Positions 47,097-58,967 are shown, counted from the first letter of the whole stretch. The stretch: 63,281 nucleotides of DNA, filler included, from Globobulimina sp. (GCA_003354225.1; 35 parts of 35 records of this genome joined end to end with filler, not necessarily neighbours in it), one strand, 5' to 3'. Numbers and translations: made by a program. Notes: generated by a model from the letters alone, not told the origin.

Positions 47097-48806
47097 GTAA
47101 CTTAAATCTTTCAATGCCAGAATTGCTCAGTGTTGCTGAACGTCAGAATATATCTGACCTGACAGTCGTCCGTGGTCCCAAGGAAATCGCCAACAACACC
47201 ATTAAATATCATTTGCTGGATAGGTTCCAGGATATCAAACAAAAATTGCAATATGTGGGCGCATATTTTGTGGATCAGCAATGTGGTGCTTTTGGTGTTG
47301 TGGAACATCATTGTGGAGGTTTTCGAACTGCGCCTCCAAGCTTTTTCATGTTTAACATTAAATGCTCGACATGGAAAACTTTATCTCTGTAATGTCGAGC
47401 ATGCAGTCATCTTCTCGTTCGTCTGAAAGTGAAGGCGAACCTCAAAGTCAGTCATTGGATGATTGCGAATTACAAATGCAATCTCAATCCAATGCACAGT
47501 CCACAATTATTATTATCTTTTGAGACCACTCCAAGAATTATTAAACTTCAACGTGCTTCCAGATGATAAGTTCTCTGAGGAATTACCATTTGTTTGATGA
47601 CCTGAATGCTGTGGTTGCGAATGTAAATATATTGCCAGTGCTATGATATTCACTAACATAAATACCCATAAACCAATGAAAACTTTAATAAATGTAGGAT
47701 AGCTTCGTCCGTGAGCCATGATGATATTTTATTCAGTGCAGTCAAACTCAATGTTTTAATAGCAAGTCATGTTTCTTTAGCAGCTGGAACACATGCAGAT
47801 GGCGGTGTACAATATAATTAGCGAATTATGATAATCATTCGCTATTTTTGTGACAGATCGCTATCATTTTTTGTTTAAGTGACAACAAAACCAACACGTA
47901 TAACCAAACACATTCAACCAACAATTTTAATTGCATCAATTGCATCAATGGCATCAATGGCATCAACAAAAGAAATTGCCAATTTTAGCGGAACATGGAA
48001 ACAAGTGAAAGTTGAGAATGAAAATAATTTCTTGAAATCAGAAGGTTGGGGGGTTTTTTTGAGAAAAATAGCATCCACAACTTCTGTAAAGATCGTCATT
48101 AAACAAGATGCAAAACGAGGTTCCTTCAATAATCAAGTAATTGTTGAAGCAATGGGAAAGCATTGGACACGGTCAGAAAGAGATATTTTTAATTTATGTC
48201 AACTCGGCATAAAATCAGATGAATACTTTTTTACTGAAGACGACAAAAAAATGTGTGGCACATCATTATTGGAAAAAAATGAGGAGGGAATAATTCAAGT
48301 GGTTACCACCAAATATGTGGTGGAGCATCCTGAGATAAAATATGTAACATATCTTTGGATTAATCCAGTTAATAATCAACTGTTCTATAAAGAGGTTAAC
48401 AGAAACGATGTTCAGTGCACTCGAATATTTGTTAAAGAGTAAACAAATTGTTTTAGATAGCACATACTGTATATTTCGTATTTTTGCATGTTTTGAAATC
48501 AACTAAATTATATTAACTAATATTTTTCTGTGAAAACCTTTCAAGTAAAGTATTGATTCTGTCTTGCAAGATAACATAAATGTTGTTGCAACGAAAGCAG
48601 AACCAGCGACTAAGAAAATGAAGTCTAGTAGTAGGTAGCCCACTATTATGCACATCGACATGCTATGCTTGAGGTGCTGATTTTTTAGTAACTTAAATCT
48701 TTCAATGCCAGAATTGCTCAGTGTTGCTGAACGTCAGAATATATCTGACCTGACAGTCGTCCGTGGTCCCAAGGAAATCGCCAACAACACCATTAAATAT
48801 CATTTG
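47097..48806. repeat. Contig with identical 119-bp terminal direct repeats (circular or tandem unit of 1,591 bp)
   Basis: 47097-47215 is identical to 48688-48806. Confidence 0.93.
47948..48442 (+). CDS. Fatty-acid-binding protein / iLBP (calycin)-like protein
   Basis: NFSGTWKQVKVENENNFLKSEGWGVFLRKIA and C-terminal NDVQCTRIFVKE mirror the FABP N- and C-terminal consensus. Confidence 0.8.
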   Translation: MASMASTKEIANFSGTWKQVKVENENNFLKSEGWGVFLRKIASTTSVKIVIKQDAKRGSFNNQVIVEAMGKHWTRSERDIFNLCQLGIKSDEYFFTEDDKKMCGTSLLEKNEEGIIQVVTTKYVVEHPEIKYVTYLWINPVNNQLFYKEVNRNDVQCTRIFVKE

Positions 48807-49003
48807 NNNNNNNNNNNNNNNNNNNNNNNNNNNNNNNNNNNNNNNNNNNNTTAATTAATTAANNNNNNNNNNNNNNNNNNNNNNNNNNNNNNNNNNNNNN
48901 NNNNNNTGTTAGTTTTGAACTGCCGAATCGCCGAATTAAACTCAGCGAATTTGGGCTCGGTGAATCAAGAAGTTTTTCGAATGCCCCGAACTACTCGGTG
49001 AAT

Positions 49004-50081
49004 TCAGACTCGGTGTGCATCACTGATTACAAGCCATACCCATACATCAATCTCATTATCTTCTTCTTCAATAGGCTCAGTTGCGGGTTCTGTTGGTTGC
49101 GATGTATTGATGGTAGCTTCAAATGGATTGATTGTAGGTTCTAACGTAGGTTCAAATGTAGGTTCTAATGTAGGATCTGTGCTTATTATGCTTCCAATCC
49201 AATAACTTAGGCATATAATAAAATTATATAAACAAAGATTTGACAGAAACGGGTTAATGATGTACATGTTTTTGTGTATCTATACTTAACTCTGTTGTTG
49301 AAGTTGGTGTAGAAGTACATGAAAATTCAGTGTTTTCGTCTTGATAATATCCAAAATTATCTTCTGATGCAACAGCAGCAGTGTTCCAAGAACAACACCC
49401 ACCACAATAACAGGAGCTCGATTGCATATGAAAATGCAGCAGATCACTATTCCAAAAATCAGCATTTTCATTCTTGCATTCATGTCCTCGAATTTTTGCA
49501 TGTTTTACATGGTAACAACCCTCGCCGCTATGATGTGCTTCAAAACTCTTATCCGGATCCACGAAATCGTAACTAAATGGTAATAATAAATAATTATCAG
49601 TTAAAGTTAATTCTTTATTGCATGTGACTAATAAATAGGAACTGCTATCAAATGAGTGTGATAATGACAGTTGGCGGTATTCCATAATCCTGTTTTTTGA
49701 CCATCTATATAATAAATTCGACTCTCCGGTTTGTACATCAATTTCGTGAAACGGACAGTCTTTGAAAAGAGCACATGATGACACTTGTGCATTATTGCCA
49801 AATGATACGTGTTCACTCATTGCACCAATAAATGCTGTGCCATCCCCTAAATCAATGAAAGCACATCGCACAATCAAATTATTATTTAGTGTATAAATTG
49901 CGGTTGCGGTTAAATCATCGTCTAATTCTCCCCGAATATCATAACATGCTGCATAATAAACATATTATTAATTAGAGAAAAAAGAATTAATAGGCAAAAC
50001 TAAACTGTTAGGATTTGCTTTCGCTGCGTTGTAAAATGATAAACAAAGAATTGTATGGTATATGAACAACAATACTTGCAT
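49004..50081 (-). CDS. Secreted or type I membrane Cys-containing protein with PT stalk (multi-exon)
   Basis: Signal peptide MQVLLFIYH... at 50081, short intron, ORF 49254..49877, then DPTLEPTFEPT stalk. Confidence 0.65.
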
Positions 50082-50195
50082 AGCTTGACAAAGTTACGAC
50101 ATGCTGCTTGGAACAGTTTTGGTAAAAAACAAATTTGCCTGAACGATATATCACATTTATAATATACCTTTATTTTTATTTAAGACCAACAGAGT

Positions 50196-50616
50196 ATGGC
50201 TTCCCGTCAACCGCTACTGACAGATCCAGACAAACTTGGACTGTTAATACAATGTAGAATGAAAATGGATCAATTAAATAGTGATCAATTATACAATTAT
50301 GCACATTTAGCTCTTAAATTATTATCCATGAAACAATTGAAAAACCTATTATTTGTTGGTTTTAATGCAATTAGAAATGATGTTGAATATAATCAATTAT
50401 TTAATATGAAATCTGCACTGAACGAAATTATTGAAAATGCAAAAAAATTAAAAAAAATTAAATCAAAATCAAAACCGAAACAGAAACAGAAAGCAACAAT
50501 ACCTATTATCCCAAAGAATGCATCATTAACAAAAACAATCCCATTTGATATTATTAGTAATAATATTTGTCCATTTCTTAAAATGTCATCCATTACCAAT
50601 TTAGCTCGAAGTGATA
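50196..50616 (+). CDS. F-box-like protein, 5' part
   Basis: SLTKTIPFDIISNNICPFL...LARS at the contig end. Confidence 0.55.
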
Positions 50617-50752
50617 NNNNNNNNNNNNNNNNNNNNNNNNNNNNNNNNNNNNNNNNNNNNTTAATTAATTAANNNNNNNNNNNNNNNNNNNNNNNNNNNN
50701 NNNNNNNNNNNNNNNNGTCCATTTGTATGTTACATTAACGAAATATAAAGCC

Positions 50753-51436
50753 TTACTGAAAAACGTTTGGCCATACTCTTCTCATTTCCTCAGCAAATTC
50801 ATTTGATTGGGTTTTGACACCTTGGACATCATTCTTTTTCATCCAAACGACGTAACTTCTTGGTATTGCATGTAAATATTTTCCTTTATGTTTTCCAAAA
50901 TGCATTTTTGTCTTACTTTTAATTATCTTTTTTGTCGCCATCGATTTAAAAGCTTTTTGCCATTCCTCTGTGGTCGAATCATTTGTCAATTTTCCGCTAT
51001 ATTTCATTGCAATATCTTGCCATTTGGCGATATCTCCATGAAACTTACATGTTTTGTTGGACAACATACATATTCGACAAATGATCATCATTCCAGAACC
51101 CTCCACATTACCAACTTTGTCCAAAACAGGACGCAATCCATTGTTTACATCATGACATCGTTTACAAACATTCCAATTTTCAACCACAAAACGATCAACC
51201 TCCTCTTCAACATATGTTCCTTTTGCCACAGAATCTTCCAATTTGCCGCACCATTCACATTTCCATGGCTTAATTCTTGCAGAAGCTTTCTCCGATGGTA
51301 ATGGATGGTTAATATTTTCTGTATTCAGGTTTGTTTTGCGTCGTTTTTCTTGCGGCTGTTGGACTTCATTCTCTTCTGAATTACAACCTGATTCCTCATA
51401 CCGTCGTTTCTTATTGTTTCCCTTTTTGGTTTCCAT
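50753..51436 (-). CDS. CxxC zinc-binding protein with C-terminal DUF3820-like motif
   Basis: CEWC, CKRC, CRIC...CKFH; KMHFGKHKGKYLHAIPRSYVVWM. Confidence 0.7.
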   Translation of the reverse strand: METKKGNNKKRRYEESGCNSEENEVQQPQEKRRKTNLNTENINHPLPSEKASARIKPWKCEWCGKLEDSVAKGTYVEEEVDRFVVENWNVCKRCHDVNNGLRPVLDKVGNVEGSGMMIICRICMLSNKTCKFHGDIAKWQDIAMKYSGKLTNDSTTEEWQKAFKSMATKKIIKSKTKMHFGKHKGKYLHAIPRSYVVWMKKNDVQGVKTQSNEFAEEMRRVWPNVFQ

Positions 51437-51651
51437 GGTAACTAAAGAATTATGATAAATCTGCTCAAGTACGTGCAGTGTAAAGAAAAAAAAATAAGCA
51501 AAGCAACAGAAATTACTCAATAAATACATGCAAACCCAATCACAAAATAAATATAAAACTTGCATTTATTAAACACGTGCACTTTAAAATCATAAGCAAC
51601 ACTTTAAAGGGATACATCCGCTGCAAAAACGGCAGAGAAATGTGGTATGGA

Positions 51652-52426
51652 TTACTCGTTGACATTAATGCTGAATAAGTATTCCATATAGCAACGTATT
51701 GCTTGGCCCAAACTGTTATGAATGGATTGTTGAATATTATATTCTTTACAAAACGCTGTCACTATTTTGCTCATTTTTGGGTAATGGCATGGATGGACAT
51801 TTGGGAATAAATGATGTAAGGTTTGATTGTTTAATCCGACAGCAATAAATCCCATAAATTCAGAATCTATGCAATAATCGCAAGTACTCAGTATTTGATG
51901 AATGAGGAAATTCTTTGTTTTTTGTAATTTATTATTTTGAAATGAAAACTTTGTGATATGATTTATTTGAGAAAATGTGTGATATATAACGCCGTGAACA
52001 AATCTTGGAATAAAGTAAAATATCAAACCTTTGATTGGCCCCATTTTATAAGCAAGCAATGATGGAATAAATATTATTGTTATAAATGTTTGAATAAAAG
52101 TTAGACACATTTCAAATTTGACATGTTTCCATTTTGAATATATCCATTTAGTGAGTTCCCAAAATGGATTAATTATCGATATGATTGGTACCAACGAAGA
52201 AAGCATCGAAAATATATGAACTTTCAAGTGAAATAAATGTTTATTTGAATGTTTGTATTTAATCAAATTCGTCTCATTATCATCAGCTTGATCATACCAA
52301 ATATTTCCATGCCAACACAAATCCGCATCATATTCATCAATATTTGTGTACGAATGATGGCTTATCGTATGTTGGAAATACCAAACAATAAAATTGCAAT
52401 GATACCAACCAAATATATACGAAACT
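51652..52426 (-). CDS. Front-end (delta5/6-type) fatty acid desaturase, 5' truncated
   Basis: Frame extends upstream to WYFQHTISHHSYTN (His box 2); GLNNQTLHHLFP (Q-type box 3). Confidence 0.92.
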
Positions 52427-52842
52427 NNNNNNNNNNNNNNNNNNNNNNNNNNNNNNNNNNNNNNNNNNNNTTAATTAATTAANNNNNNNNNNNNNNNNNN
52501 NNNNNNNNNNNNNNNNNNNNNNNNNNTGAATTTCTGGCTTTTATTTTTTTTAATTTTTCATTATTATAAATTGGTCTGAATGTGGATGAGAAATCGGTAC
52601 AAAAAGCTGTGAAGTCACAATATAAAATCACAGAATGTAAATGATACACAGATAATGGCGTATTTCTACGAATATTATAATGTAATGGCATATTACTAGC
52701 AATACTAAAAATTAATGGTTTCATTTTTTTACATTTATTTGTGGCAATATAATAATTTGCTTTTCGTATAATTATTTGATTAAATTGTTGAATGAAAAAG
52801 ACATTTTTTCAGTACATATCGGAAATCCCTATTAAAAGTTGA

Positions 52843-53139
52843 ATGTTAACTAAATGTATTATTATAATGATATTAAACATTTTATCAATGAGTTCCTGCA
52901 GTAACAAGAGCCGATTAATTTGTTCAGATGATTTATTAAGTCACATCTATCAATGGTTACCATTTAAAGAATTAATAGACATATATTTAAATCCTGAAAA
53001 CATTCGTTTTAGGAAAGTGGCAGAGTCTGTACTGAAAGAAAGAGATTTAGAAACTGTAAATAATACATTACACTCAAACGATTTAATATGCAAGATTAAT
53101 AAATGCATTTATGAGCGAAAAAAAACAAAATCTTTATGA
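52843..53139 (+). CDS. Short F-box-like ORF
   Basis: SDDLLSHIYQWLPFKELI motif. Confidence 0.35.
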   Translation: MLTKCIIIMILNILSMSSCSNKSRLICSDDLLSHIYQWLPFKELIDIYLNPENIRFRKVAESVLKERDLETVNNTLHSNDLICKINKCIYERKKTKSL

Positions 53140-53199
53140 CTTTCGAAAGTAGAAATGACTTTTTGACTTTTAAAGCGTCTTTTTTTTGTAACTTTGACC

Positions 53200-53585
53200 T
53201 CCTCTCATTTATTAAGAGTGATGCGATATTTTTCAATGAATAATGGATACTTCGATGCAGTGCGGTGTCGCCTTGCTTATTTGTGTTTATAATTGATTAC
53301 TAATAATTGAACCACCTCTTTTTGTTTTTGTGTGACTGCGTAATGTAAAGCAGTGTATTGATCTTTATCGCAATCTGTTAAATTGGCACCAAATGATATT
53401 AGCAAATCAATCATTTTAATATGACCCATATAACAGGCCACATTACTGGTGTTGCTAGATTCTCGTCGCGATAATTAATATCAACTGTGCCATTGGAACA
53501 CAATTGTTTCACTGTATCAAGTTCTCCCTTTTTAACTGCTGATAAACAGGTCTTCATTAATCGAGCTAGCACCAGCATTAACCAT
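53200..53585 (-). pseudogene. Frameshifted ankyrin-repeat gene
   Basis: TPVMW, (A)CYMGHIKMIDLLISFGA...TALHYA and NKQGDTALHRS are separated by two frameshifts with no intron-sized gaps. Confidence 0.75.
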
Positions 53586-53908
53586 GCTTTTGCCAGAGGT
53601 TTTTGCAAATAAGAAGTGCAACATTTTCACAAGTTTGTACACCGTGCTAATTCAACAGAAAATTACTCTCAACCAACTGAAAATACGCAAACTAAAATAA
53701 TAGAAACGTTTATAATGTACAAAATTAATACTTAAACAACAGAAAAATAATAAAAAAAAGCTCATGCACCAAAAGAGAAAATATTATAAATGCGCGCATG
53801 AAAAATAACAAAAAAATTACAAACAAAAAAGACACAAACAAAGCAAAAAAACGAGAAGAAAACACAACAAACAAATATACATAATATTAATTATAATTTA
53901 CATAATAA

Positions 53909-54236
53909 CTATTTAGTTTTACAAATTATTAATTCCTTTTTTTTTAACTGAACAGAAAAATTACTCTCAACAAATTTACAACGCATTTCATCTGAAAATA
54001 CACCAAATAACCATTTATTATATGGATCCTTAATTACTATTCGATTAAATGTTTTTGGTAATATTGCTGAATCAATAATTGATAATAAATTATAAATATT
54101 AAATGGATATAACTCATCAAAGAATCCAGTAACAATTATTATTTCATTCATATTTGGAAATAATTCAAATAATAATGGTTTAAATAAATTAATATTATTA
54201 TCATCAATATCTGAAACAGATTGTTCTTTCACTGAA
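53909..54236 (-). CDS. Hypothetical protein, C-terminal fragment
   Basis: ORF open from the contig edge, followed by an AT-rich UTR-like region. Confidence 0.5.
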
Positions 54237-54690
54237 NNNNNNNNNNNNNNNNNNNNNNNNNNNNNNNNNNNNNNNNNNNNTTAATTAATTAANNNNNNNN
54301 NNNNNNNNNNNNNNNNNNNNNNNNNNNNNNNNNNNNTAATAATGGTTCGTTGAGTCGCAACTCGAGTACTTGTGATTTGGCACAATTGCAATTGCGATCA
54401 GTGCACGATGTCCAGCAGGCAGTGAGAGTGCGGTCGCAAGCGATTAAACAGAAACATTTGAAGTGGTTAGTTGCTGAGAAATCGAGACCAAGAACAAAAA
54501 GAGGCGGTAGATGTGTTGGTTATTTATCTCCACAAAACACAATTTGTATCACCAGAGGTATTGCTCAAAAGCATCCGACCATGGAAGAGATATTACAAAA
54601 TATGAATGCAAAAGACATTAAAAGTGCTAGTTTCAATGATATTGATTGTGATTTTGAGAGTGATTCATGAGTTCTATTAATCATATTTTT

Positions 54691-55438
54691 TTATTTCATT
54701 TTAAACCCCCTAACTATCTCAAAACCACCTTGTCTTGCTGCAGAAGCGCATACTTTTAATGGGAATTCTATTTCAAATTTGTCATAAAGTAATTCTGGAA
54801 ATTTTTGTTCACCATTTATCCAAAATTTTACCATCGTATTTTTAGAAAATAATGTAGTGGTTGTCGTATCAATTAACATTTGGATGCTATCATTGTGTTT
54901 CCATCTGCTACATATTATCCCATTCCTTGAACTTATTATTCCAACAAATACGTCCATCATATCTTAAGCCCCAATTGAAACAGTCATCTTCGTTTCCCAA
55001 AGATTGAGTTTTCCCTTCTTTCCAATTCCATTTATTGTCAGTTACGCCTATAATTGCATCCATATCTGTTCCTTTGATATATCTAAATTCAAACATGTAC
55101 ATTGCATTCTTTTTAATAGTAATATCCCACACATGAGCTGTTCCAATTGTTTCATGTCTCGTTTCCGTTGGCAATACTAGCATTATTTTCTTATTACTTT
55201 TATATTCAATATGTTTATGTTTACTTATCCACGACCATCTAATCATAAAATCATATATATATTTAAGTATAATTAAAGGAAATTCGTATTGATGTTTATT
55301 ATTGTCTTCAAATATCAATTTATTTGCACAATTTCTTAATAATTTCAATACGACGCTTTTATTTTCTTCGAATAAACTTTCTGGAGGCTTAAGTGCCATT
55401 GTATTTTTTAAGAGTTTTGCGATGCTGTAGAATGGCAT
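54691..55438 (-). pseudogene. SPRY-like domain gene with a single frameshift near 54910
   Basis: AIIGVT...WGLRYDG in one frame continues as WKHNDSIQMLID...VKFWING in another. Confidence 0.6.
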
Positions 55439-55558
55439 ACAAAATAGAGCCTGGAATCAGACTTACGTCCCGATTGAATTTTGTACCACTACTATGAGTC
55501 TGAAATCGGACTTACGTCCTACAATGTATACTAAAAAAATATATATATACAAGTGTTT

Positions 55559-56045
55559 TCAATATATTCTAGGACATTCTGAATGATTTTTCAATGGTTC
55601 ATCAATATCAAAATGTCTTTTTAAATTTTCCAAGGCTGCCCAAACCCCACCAGCATGAAATGCCTGATCTATAGAATAGCTGCTTGATGAAATATAAATA
55701 TTTTCATCATTTTTTGGACGGAATATATTTTGCAATGTATTACTTTCAATATGTCCATATTTCCATTGCCAATAAATTCCATCACTGTTACTATCGTTCC
55801 AACCCATTGGATTTACAAATGCTGCAATTGGCAAAGGTATATATTTTTTTGTCAATAATCGTAACTGTTTTGTTGCTTCATCCACCACAAATTTGGATGC
55901 AACAATTAAGCCATTCATATTATCCGTTTCTATGCCATCATGCATTGGATATGGATCATCTAAACTTTGTAACGTGTGCCATAAACCAGACTTATCGCCC
56001 ACTGCATAAATATGAATAGTTGTCAATGTGTCATTGCTCCATGCT
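55559..56045 (-). CDS. Possible flavin amine oxidase / L-amino-acid-oxidase C-terminal fragment
   Basis: WQWKYG...IFRPKNDENIYISSSSYS...GGVWAALE resembles the C-terminal FAD-binding region. Confidence 0.45.
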
Positions 56046-56145
56046 NNNNNNNNNNNNNNNNNNNNNNNNNNNNNNNNNNNNNNNNNNNNTTAATTAATTA
56101 ANNNNNNNNNNNNNNNNNNNNNNNNNNNNNNNNNNNNNNNNNNNN

Positions 56146-57429
56146 AGAATATGCAATTCCGAAATCTGGAGAAGGTGCTCTGAATGAAATGGTGACGACA
56201 GAATTATTCCGACCATTAAAGCAATTGCAATATTTATACCTCAGCTGTCAATGTCAAACGATTCCTGGCAAAATGCTAAGATATCAATCTCAAATAAATA
56301 CTTTAATATTAAATGTCAACACATCCAAACTTCCAAGCAATCTATTTCAGGGAATGTATGATTTGAATTCATTACATATAAAATCCAGAAAGCATCATAT
56401 TATTTTGCCACAGCGCTTATTTTATCATTTACGATCTCTGCAAACATTGTATGTGGAATTAAACTCTATATTTTAATTTTGTATATATTTATTTTGTTTG
56501 TTATTAAGAGATATCGAATCAAAATCAGTGTATTTGGCATCGAATATATTTCAATATACAAAGAATCTCAATATGTTATCATTTAACGCCATTTTGGAGA
56601 ATGTCAATCCGAATTTGTTTGAATCTTTGCCAGAATTATATTTGCTGTGTGTGCAATATCCAAATATTTCTATATACAAATATGTGTTGTTTGTGGTATA
56701 CACAGTGATTTAGGCTCCACTCAGATTGCGTCATTACCGCTGACATTAATTCACAATAACACAGATTTAAGACATTTGCGATTGGAATCAAACAATATTC
56801 GTGATATTCCACTAGGTTTTTTCAAGCATTCTTCGAAACTTTCTTCTTTGATTTTAGATCATAACCAAATTAAGTCTTTGGATGCCGAGATATTTTATCC
56901 ATTGAAGTCGTTGACTGATATTCATTTGCAGCACAATATAAAGTTTGAAATGTATTGTGATTTTGGATTGGGAAATTCTTCCTTGTTTCCAAAATTAAGA
57001 GCGGTTTTTATGCACGGAATGGCACATAAATGTATACAAAATTGGACTAAACATCTACAAGAAAGCAGAGGCGATTTGGAGATTCATATTCAAGAAAAGG
57101 ATGAAAGCCTTAAACTGTGCAAATCGATTCAAATCCAACATCTTCCAAATTCAGTTCAATATAATACATCGTTATTGCTTCAGTTTAAAGGGCCACACAT
57201 ATTTATTAAGCATAAAGCATATTGGATTTCACATTCGGTGCACAAATGTTCGGATTTCCGCAAGATTACAAATTTTAAGTCTCAACAAATTGGGCATGAA
57301 CAAGTAGCAATAAATGATGATGGAAAATGTGAATTTGTTTTCACTAAAAAAGGGAAATATTTCCTAGTCTATCAATATGGCCACCAAGCATTCATTCCAT
57401 ATTATGATTATATTATCAATGTTGTTTGA
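56146..57429 (+). CDS. Leucine-rich-repeat protein, 3' part (two short introns near 56450-56508 and 56646-56706)
   Basis: LxxLxLxxNxI repeats (LRHLRLESNNIRDIP, LSSLILDHNQIKSL) across three consecutive ORFs. Confidence 0.85.
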
Positions 57430-57577
57430 TCATCAATTTATACATTAATTCTCCCACGAGTTTATCATCAAGAATGTTACACTATATTTATATTACAATG
57501 ACTGTTGTTTCTATTTTATGCATTTGAATTGTTCTTTTTTTTCCAGGTATACAAAAAAACTGCTTTTACCTCAAACG

Positions 57578-57663
57578 CACTGCAGTCACAACTATTGAGC
57601 TAATTTTCATTCCGACTTAATTGCTCACCACAATAAATTAGCTCAATAGTTGTGTCTGCAGTG
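57578..57663. repeat. 86-bp hairpin with 29-bp arms and CACTG...CAGTG ends
   Basis: CACTGCAGTCACAACTATTGAGCTAATTT versus AAATTAGCTCAATAGTTGTGTCTGCAGTG, 1 mismatch. Confidence 0.85.
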
Positions 57664-58285
57664 GAGAAAACTCTGACATGGTTAAGAGCGAAAAACTTTT
57701 ACCATTTTGATAAAATGTAACAAAGCATGAGAATTCTATTCATTCATGCGGGGAAACAGTATTTCCCAGAATTGGGATCACATTACGGTCCATTAATCAA
57801 ATATTCATTGCATTTAGTCCCTATGTATGTGCTCAAATTGTATATGTTTAAACANNNNNNNNNNNNNNNNNNNNNNNNNNNNNNNNNNNNNNNNNNNNTT
57901 AATTAATTAANNNNNNNNNNNNNNNNNNNNNNNNNNNNNNNNNNNNNNNNNNNNTGTGGTGCTTCCATTCAAAAACTAGAATACTTCACTGAGGTTTTAT
58001 TTGTGATGGAGCTGCAAGTGGACGGAACTTCTTCCCATTTGCGATTGAATAATGTAAACCAATCAATAAATAATGTTCAAAACCAGAATATAAATCCGGA
58101 GTAAATGAATTATTTTTAGACGAAAAAACAAAAGTCTACAATTTATAACAATAAAACAACAACATAAAATAGACAAACATCAACATAAAAAAAATAAAAC
58201 GATGAAAATAATAAACTTTTAATAAATATTATTTAAAATTTTGTTTGTATTGTATACAAATGCAAACTATGACAACTGACATATA

Positions 58286-58831
58286 TTATTGTCCACATTG
58301 TGAGCAAAACATAGCTTGTCTATGATTCATTTCACCACAAATACACATCCACATTCTATGTATTTGTTTTTTGTTTTTGTTTTTTGTTTTATTTGCTTTG
58401 TGAAAGAACGCTTTAAGTGCTTGTTTATTATATTTAGGAGCTACGTATGCTTTTACATATGGTTTGCTTCGCTTATAATCCATTCTTAAATTTTCCATTG
58501 CTTTCCGTTTTTGTGGTTTCTTTGCATGCGGAGTGGCATCGGTTTCATTTGCAGGTTTAGCACATACTCTGTTGTTGTTTGAGATGGTGTTAATTCGTTT
58601 ATCGGTTGGAGTTGAAATGGATTCTGTATATATTGCACATTGTAAAAAGTAACGAAAAGAGTGGATGTGCTTAACAATATTTATTGAATGATCAGTATGC
58701 GTTTGTGAATGATCATTGAATGGGTGGGAATTATCTGTAAATGAGTGCGAATTATCATCGGTTCGTTGAGATTGATCAGCTTCAACACCTCCTTCAATTT
58801 TAACATCTCTTGCTGAAAAGGATACGGACAT
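58286..58831 (-). CDS. DNS/DHS-repeat protein with C-terminal RanBP2-like zinc finger
   Basis: TDDNSHSFTDNSHPFNDHSQTHTDHS heptads; WMCICGEMNHRQAMFCSQCG. Confidence 0.65.
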   Translation of the reverse strand: MSVSFSARDVKIEGGVEADQSQRTDDNSHSFTDNSHPFNDHSQTHTDHSINIVKHIHSFRYFLQCAIYTESISTPTDKRINTISNNNRVCAKPANETDATPHAKKPQKRKAMENLRMDYKRSKPYVKAYVAPKYNKQALKAFFHKANKTKNKNKKQIHRMWMCICGEMNHRQAMFCSQCGQ

Positions 58832-58967
58832 TATGCGATTCTAAACAATACGATTAAAACAATACAATTAAAACAATACGATTCTTAAAACAATACGAGT
58901 CTGTTAGGATGGCAACGGAGATTAGTGAACTGTTAAAGTTTTGAGTATATTTTCACATCTTGAAACA

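Noticed and set aside
47097..47215. 119-bp terminal repeats as LTRs
   Set aside because: No TG...CA ends, PBS/PPT or gag/pol; exact placement at both contig ends fits an assembler loop.
47097..48806. Circular contig as a CRESS virus or plasmid
   Set aside because: No HUH Rep motifs, capsid-like ORF or clear nonanucleotide stem-loop recognised.
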